Shown here one piece after another: positions 59,738 through 64,000 of a DNA stretch of 64,000 nt. The DNA comes from Gammaproteobacteria bacterium (GTDB taxonomy: Bacteria > Pseudomonadota > Gammaproteobacteria > GCA-001735895). The notes beneath the pieces were generated by a model, which ran no database searches, was not told the origin of the DNA, and saw only the letters and a list, made by a program, of their open reading frames with translations. The stretch spans positions 186-64,185 of the forward strand of contig JASFKL010000001.1 of assembly GCA_050118655.1 (NCBI GenBank), given 5' to 3'. Numbering within the stretch: the first letter of the stretch is position 1; each line of letters starts with the position of its first letter. Both the position numbers and the translations under genes were made by a program.

Positions 59738-59977
59738 ATGTTGACCGACAAGCACGATTTACTGCACGAGTTCCCCGAGTACAAGGACAAAATTCACGAT
59801 CTCAAGCTGAGCGACTCGCATTTCGCCAGGCTTTTCGACGAGTACCACGACCTCGACCACGAGGTGCATCGCATCGAGACCGGGGTCGAGAATACGTCCG
59901 ACGAATATCTCGAGGGACGCAAACTGCGCCGTCTGCACCTCAAGGACGAACTCTACCGGATAATCCGGGAAGACTGA
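59738..59977 (+). CDS. DUF465 (YdcH-like) small protein
   Basis: LLHEFPEYKDKIHDLKLSDSHFARLFDEYHDLDHEV matches the DUF465 pattern. Confidence 0.6.
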   Translation: MLTDKHDLLHEFPEYKDKIHDLKLSDSHFARLFDEYHDLDHEVHRIETGVENTSDEYLEGRKLRRLHLKDELYRIIRED

Positions 59978-60026
59978 CCTGCATACTGCCGGGTCATACC
60001 GGAGAACGGGGTAAAACGGCGTTCGC

Positions 60027-60046
60027 CCGGCCCAGCCACGGGCCGG
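60027..60046. terminator. GC-rich hairpin CCGGCCC-AGCCAC-GGGCCGG between convergent genes (possible bidirectional terminator)
   Basis: 7-bp perfect stem seen directly; no clear U-tract. Confidence 0.25.
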
Positions 60047-60090
60047 CAGCCTCGACTATGTCGGAAGCCGGGGCCCGGGCGGCAGGCCGG

Positions 60091-60447
60091 CTAATCGACG
60101 GACTTGCTGTCCGGCAGGTAGCAGACGACGATACAGCCGTTCTCGCTATAGGTCGTATGCTGGGTTCCGGATTTCAGCCACACCAGGTCGCCGGGGCGGT
60201 AAACCGTGCCGTCGTTATCCCTGGCATCGCCCCTGATCACGTAGAACTCCTCGGCGCCGAGATGCTCGTGCGGCAGCGTGGTGTATCCGGGGTCCATCTT
60301 GTAAAGGTGAAAACCCGTGCCCGGCGGCTTGCTCTTGTCGAGTTGCATGACATAACCGTCATGCTGGCCGCGATCGTTGACGAAGGGCTCGAATTCGTCC
60401 TCGTCGATATTGGCGATCAAACGCTCGCCTTCGGCGACTGCTTTCAT
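60091..60447 (-). CDS. Cupin-domain protein
   Basis: Beta-barrel motif HEHLGAEEFYVIRGD...GDLVWLKSGTQHTT. Confidence 0.65.
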   Translation of the reverse strand: MKAVAEGERLIANIDEDEFEPFVNDRGQHDGYVMQLDKSKPPGTGFHLYKMDPGYTTLPHEHLGAEEFYVIRGDARDNDGTVYRPGDLVWLKSGTQHTTYSENGCIVVCYLPDSKSVD

Positions 60448-60457
60448 ACTGCATACC

Positions 60458-60877
60458 TCATTTTTCGGATTCGGGTATTACGGCGATCACATCGATCTCC
60501 ATCAGCCATTCGGGCTGGCCGAGACCGGCGACTACGAGTCCCGTGGATATCGGGAAAACTCCCTTGAGCCACTTGCCGACCTCCTGGTATACCGGTTCGC
60601 GATAACGCGGATCGGTGATATAGGTCGTGGTCTTGACGACGTGACCGAGCTCGCTGCCACATTCGGTAAGCAGCTGGCTGACGTTTTTCATCGCCTGCTC
60701 GGCCTGCGCGCGGGGATCTCCGAGGCCCACCAGCTTACCGTCGAAGTCGGTACCCACCTGGCCGCGCAGATAGACCGTGTTGCCGGCGACTACCGCCTGG
60801 CAAAGGTCGTTGTCGAGCGACTGGTTCGGATAGGTATCCCGCGTGTTGAACATGCGGATGCGTTTGTGAGTCGGCAT
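60458..60877 (-). CDS. RidA/YjgF-family protein
   Basis: VYLRGQVGTD...NVSQLLTECGSELGHVVKTTTYITD...EIDVIAV; start set at MPTHK; the Arg-rich upstream extension is rejected. Confidence 0.72.
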   Translation of the reverse strand: MPTHKRIRMFNTRDTYPNQSLDNDLCQAVVAGNTVYLRGQVGTDFDGKLVGLGDPRAQAEQAMKNVSQLLTECGSELGHVVKTTTYITDPRYREPVYQEVGKWLKGVFPISTGLVVAGLGQPEWLMEIDVIAVIPESEK

Positions 60878-61113
60878 CGAGTCTCCGGACGGGAGGCTGA
60901 CGACGGACAGCCGCCGACTGCGCCTCCGGTTAACATGACTGTTTTCGAAACCTGGAATTCTAAAGCAAATCCCGGATTCGCGCAGCTTTCGATCGCGCAC
61001 CGACAAGACGCGATAGACGAAAACAAAAGGCCCTGCCCCCGAATCGGCGCGGATGAATTCGACCGTCGCCATGTTATCCTTCGTTATTACGGTCCTGGTA
61101 ACGAGGAATTGAA

Positions 61114-61785
61114 ATGACCCTGTCCATCGCCGCGTGGGACGAACGGAGCGGCCAGCTCGGCGCGGCAATCGCCTCGTCGAGCATCAGCGTCGCCGCGCGC
61201 TGCCTGCACTGGCGCTCCGGCGTCGGCATCGCGCTGAGCCAGAATATCACCGACCCGAGGCTCGGCCCGCGCCTGCTCGCGCTGCTCGCCGACGGCGTCG
61301 ATGCGAATGCCGCGATGGACGCCGTCAGGCACAGCACGCCCCATATCGCCTATCGACAGCTCGGCCTCGTCGACAATACTGGAAATACCAGCCGGTTCAC
61401 GGGTGACGCGGTACTCGGCTGCTTCGCTTCGGGCGAGGGCAGGCACTGCGTGGCCGTCGGCAACCTGCTCGAAAACGACGGCGTTCCCGCGGCCATGATC
61501 CGCGCCTTCGAACAGGCTTCGGGTTCCCTCGGCGCGCGCCTGCTCGAAGCGCTGCGAGCCGGTGCCGAGGCCGGCGGAGAAGCGGGTCCTCTGCACTCGG
61601 CGGGACTGCTCCTCGGCGGCGAACCGAGCTGGCCGCTGGCGGAACTGCGCATCGACTGGAGCCCGGACCCGATCGCCGCCATAGTCGAGGGATGGGCGGT
61701 CTACGAACCGCAAATCGACGACTATGTGCTGCGCGCCTACAACCCCGTCGAGGCACCGTCTTACGGTGTACCGGGGGACCCTTAA
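61114..61785 (+). CDS. DUF1028-family protein (Ntn-hydrolase-like)
   Basis: MTLSIAAWDERSGQLGAAIASSS is a characteristic DUF1028 N-terminus; stop overlaps the next gene's start (TAAATG). Confidence 0.68.
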   Translation: MTLSIAAWDERSGQLGAAIASSSISVAARCLHWRSGVGIALSQNITDPRLGPRLLALLADGVDANAAMDAVRHSTPHIAYRQLGLVDNTGNTSRFTGDAVLGCFASGEGRHCVAVGNLLENDGVPAAMIRAFEQASGSLGARLLEALRAGAEAGGEAGPLHSAGLLLGGEPSWPLAELRIDWSPDPIAAIVEGWAVYEPQIDDYVLRAYNPVEAPSYGVPGDP

Positions 61786-62949
61786 ATGAACAGCCAGGAA
61801 ATTCTCGCGCGCCTGGTCGCCTTCGATACCACGAGCACGAAATCGAATCTGGAGTTGATCGACTTCGTGCGCAACCTGCTCGACGACCACGGCATCGAAT
61901 CGCAACTGGTACACAACGACGAGCAAACCTGCGCCAACCTCTATGCCACCATCGGTCCCGACGACCGCGGCGGGATCATGCTCTCCGGTCATACAGACGT
62001 CGTGCCGACCGCCGGACAGGACTGGCACAGCGATCCCTATCGGATGAAAACCGGCGACGATCGACTCTTCGGACGCGGTTGCTGCGATATGAAAGGCTTT
62101 ATCGCCTGCACGCTCGCGGCCCTGCCCCGCCTCGCGGCCGAACCGCTGCAGACGCCCGTGCACCTCGCGTTTTCCTATGACGAGGAAATCGGCTGCGTCG
62201 GCGCCAGGCGCCTGGCCGCGGCGATGTCGGGTTTCGAGGTCAGACCGCGGCTGGGATTGATCGGCGAACCCACCGGCATGAAACTGGTGCTCGGCCACAA
62301 GGGCAAGGTTTCCTATCGCGTCACGGTCGGCGGCCTGTCCTGCCATTCGGCCTATATCGACCAGGGCGTCAACGCGGTCGAATACGCAGCCGAACTGATC
62401 GCCTTTATTCGCTCCATGAACGAGCGGGCAAGCGAACTCCTCCGCGACCCGTCCTACTCGGTACCCCATACGACCTTCCACGTCGGCAACATCATCGGCG
62501 GCACGGCGCTCAATATCGTCCCCAGACAATGCAGCTTCGAATTCGAAATCCGCAACCTGCCGCAACAGGACCTCGAATCGCTGGTCCACGAAATCCGCCA
62601 TTATGCCGACGATACGCTGTTGCCGGACATGCAGTCGCGTTATCCCGAAAGCCGTATCGACTTCGAGGAAATCGCTTCCTACCCGGGCCTGCACACCGAC
62701 CCGACCGCCGCCATCATCGGCTACACCAGCGCCATCAACCCGGTTGCCGAGATCGGCGATAACGTAAGCTTCGGTACCGAGGCCGGGCTGTTCGACGGCA
62801 TCGGCGTGGAGTGCCTGGTCTGCGGTCCGGGCAGTATCGAGCAAGCGCACAAGCCCGACGAGTTCGTCAGCCGCGAGCAATTGCAGCATTGCGACCGCAT
62901 GCTGGAAAATCTTGCGCAACGCTGTCGCGAAACGGCAGAATTCGATTAA
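61786..62949 (+). CDS. M20-family metallopeptidase / acetylornithine-deacetylase-like (ArgE/DapE family)
   Basis: LSGHTDVVP, GRGCCDMKG, GEPTG and HSAY motifs. Confidence 0.85.
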   Translation: MNSQEILARLVAFDTTSTKSNLELIDFVRNLLDDHGIESQLVHNDEQTCANLYATIGPDDRGGIMLSGHTDVVPTAGQDWHSDPYRMKTGDDRLFGRGCCDMKGFIACTLAALPRLAAEPLQTPVHLAFSYDEEIGCVGARRLAAAMSGFEVRPRLGLIGEPTGMKLVLGHKGKVSYRVTVGGLSCHSAYIDQGVNAVEYAAELIAFIRSMNERASELLRDPSYSVPHTTFHVGNIIGGTALNIVPRQCSFEFEIRNLPQQDLESLVHEIRHYADDTLLPDMQSRYPESRIDFEEIASYPGLHTDPTAAIIGYTSAINPVAEIGDNVSFGTEAGLFDGIGVECLVCGPGSIEQAHKPDEFVSREQLQHCDRMLENLAQRCRETAEFD

Positions 62950-62971
62950 ATCCGCAGATTAAAAAGGTCCC

Positions 62972-63445
62972 ATGCCGACAGACACCGACAAGCTTTGTAT
63001 CGGATGGCGCGAATGGGTCGCGCTGCCCGATCTTAACCTGCCCGCGATCAAGGCCAAGGTCGATACCGGCGCGCGCACCTCGGCACTGCACGCCTTCCTG
63101 ATCGAACCCTACACGCGCGACGGCACCGACATGCTGCGCTTCATGATTCACCCGATACAGCGAAACCAGGAGCTGGCCATCGAATGCCATTGCCCGGTTT
63201 TCGACTACCGCGAGGTAACGGATTCCGGCGGCCATCGCGAGATGCGCTACGTAATCCAGAGCCTGATCGAAATCGGCGGCCGGCAATGGCCCATTGAACT
63301 CACCCTGACCAACCGTGATACAATGCGCTTTCGCATGCTGCTGGGGCGGCGCGCCATGGAAGACCGTTTCATCGTCGATCCGGGCGCGTCTTACGTCAAT
63401 GGCAGATTGAGACCCCGCCAACTCTACGGGATCCACCAAGGATAA
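62972..63445 (+). CDS. RimK-associated retropepsin-like/ATP-dependent zinc protease family protein (DUF785, RimB-like)
   Basis: [16 protein letters not shown] (Asp-Thr-Gly) motif; immediately upstream of rimK. Confidence 0.72.
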   Translation: MPTDTDKLCIGWREWVALPDLNLPAIKAKVDTGARTSALHAFLIEPYTRDGTDMLRFMIHPIQRNQELAIECHCPVFDYREVTDSGGHREMRYVIQSLIEIGGRQWPIELTLTNRDTMRFRMLLGRRAMEDRFIVDPGASYVNGRLRPRQLYGIHQG

Positions 63446-63449
63446 CTGC

Positions 63450-64000
63450 ATGAAAATCGCCCTCCTCTCGCGCAACCGGAAGCTTTATTCCTCTCGTCGG
63501 ATCATCGAGGCCGCCGAAGAGCACGGGCACGAAATCGTCGTCATCGACGTGCTGCGCGCCTACATGAATATCGCCGCGCACAAGCCGTCGATCCATTACA
63601 AGGGCGAAGCTCTCGAAGGTTTCGATGCCGTGATACCCCGTATCGGTGCCTCGGTAACCAGCTACGGTACCGCGGTTCTGCGGCAGTTCGAAATGATGGG
63701 CGTGGTGTCGCTCAACGAATCCGTGGCGATTACCCGCTCGCGCGACAAGCTGCGCTCGCTGCAGCTGCTGTCGCGCCGCGGCATCGGCATGCCGCTGACC
63801 GGTTATGCCAATAAACCCGACGATATCAAGGACGTGATCGAGATGGTCGGCGGCGCGCCCGTGGTGATCAAGCTGCTGCAGGGCACCCAGGGTATCGGCG
63901 TGGTGCTCGCGGAAACGCGCAAGGCCGCCGAAAGCGTGATCGAGGGTTTCATGGGCGTCAAGGCCGACATCCTGATCCAGGAATTCATCAAGGAGGCCGG
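63450..64000 (+). CDS. rimK: Ribosomal protein S6--L-glutamate ligase RimK (ATP-grasp), 3'-truncated by the window end
   Basis: [34 protein letters not shown]...[17 protein letters not shown]; runs to the last base, so not in the ORF track. Confidence 0.88.
   Translation, partial: MKIALLSRNRKLYSSRRIIEAAEEHGHEIVVIDVLRAYMNIAAHKPSIHYKGEALEGFDAVIPRIGASVTSYGTAVLRQFEMMGVVSLNESVAITRSRDKLRSLQLLSRRGIGMPLTGYANKPDDIKDVIEMVGGAPVVIKLLQGTQGIGVVLAETRKAAESVIEGFMGVKADILIQEFIKEA

Noticed and set aside
61087-62919. 610-aa minus-strand ORF spanning DUF1028 and M20 genes
   Set aside because: Antisense to two plus-strand genes with recognisable motifs. Its sequence is Arg/Ala/Gly-rich with no domains.
1-64000. 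CRISPR arrays, transposases/IS elements, integrases, phage genes
   Set aside because: There are no regularly spaced direct repeats and no transposase or integrase-like ORFs. The only mobile-element-like feature is the 140-bp IR element in the tRNA operon.

Overview
This ~64 kb window is a high-GC (roughly 60-63% by eye) gammaproteobacterial chromosome segment with Pseudomonas-like synteny. It is densely coding and mostly housekeeping. Conserved blocks, in order: dnaQ-rnhA-yafS-like methyltransferase / mltD; avtA, fabI, ppiD; the tig-clpP-clpX-lon-hupB stress operon with tRNA-Val/Asp; a Pro-Arg-His-Leu tRNA operon; cysS / ppiB-lpxH; the long minus-strand block metZ, purF, cvpA, dedD, folC, accD, trpF, truA, fimV, asd, leuBDC with a divergent LysR regulator. 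Downstream are catabolic modules: a hydroxyproline/lysine-glutarate cluster (proline-racemase-like, CoA-transferase, gcdH), a polyamine/amide cluster (FAD oxidase, amidase, HDAC-like amidohydrolase, DMT transporter), small regulators (DksA/TraR-like, DUF465, cupin, RidA) and a DUF1028-M20-rimB-rimK module. The most notable accessory feature is a six-gene signalling island at 4.6-14.1 kb between mltD and avtA. It encodes a tandem cNMP-binding/rhodanese fusion, a GAF/HD-GYP phosphodiesterase, two paralogous CHASE2 sensors (one with a Hanks Ser/Thr kinase output, one with a class III nucleotidyl cyclase output), a PP2C phosphatase and an FHA protein. Other observations: a 140-bp element with 27-bp terminal inverted repeats sitting inside the tRNA operon spacer; a 515-bp AT-rich island with palindromes upstream of fimV; a good sigma-32 promoter upstream of lon; a proline-racemase paralog with both catalytic Cys positions replaced (Ser/Thr); and several unexplained noncoding stretches. 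Many long antisense ORFs in the six-frame track are high-GC artefacts and were rejected. No CRISPR arrays, transposases, integrases or phage genes were seen.
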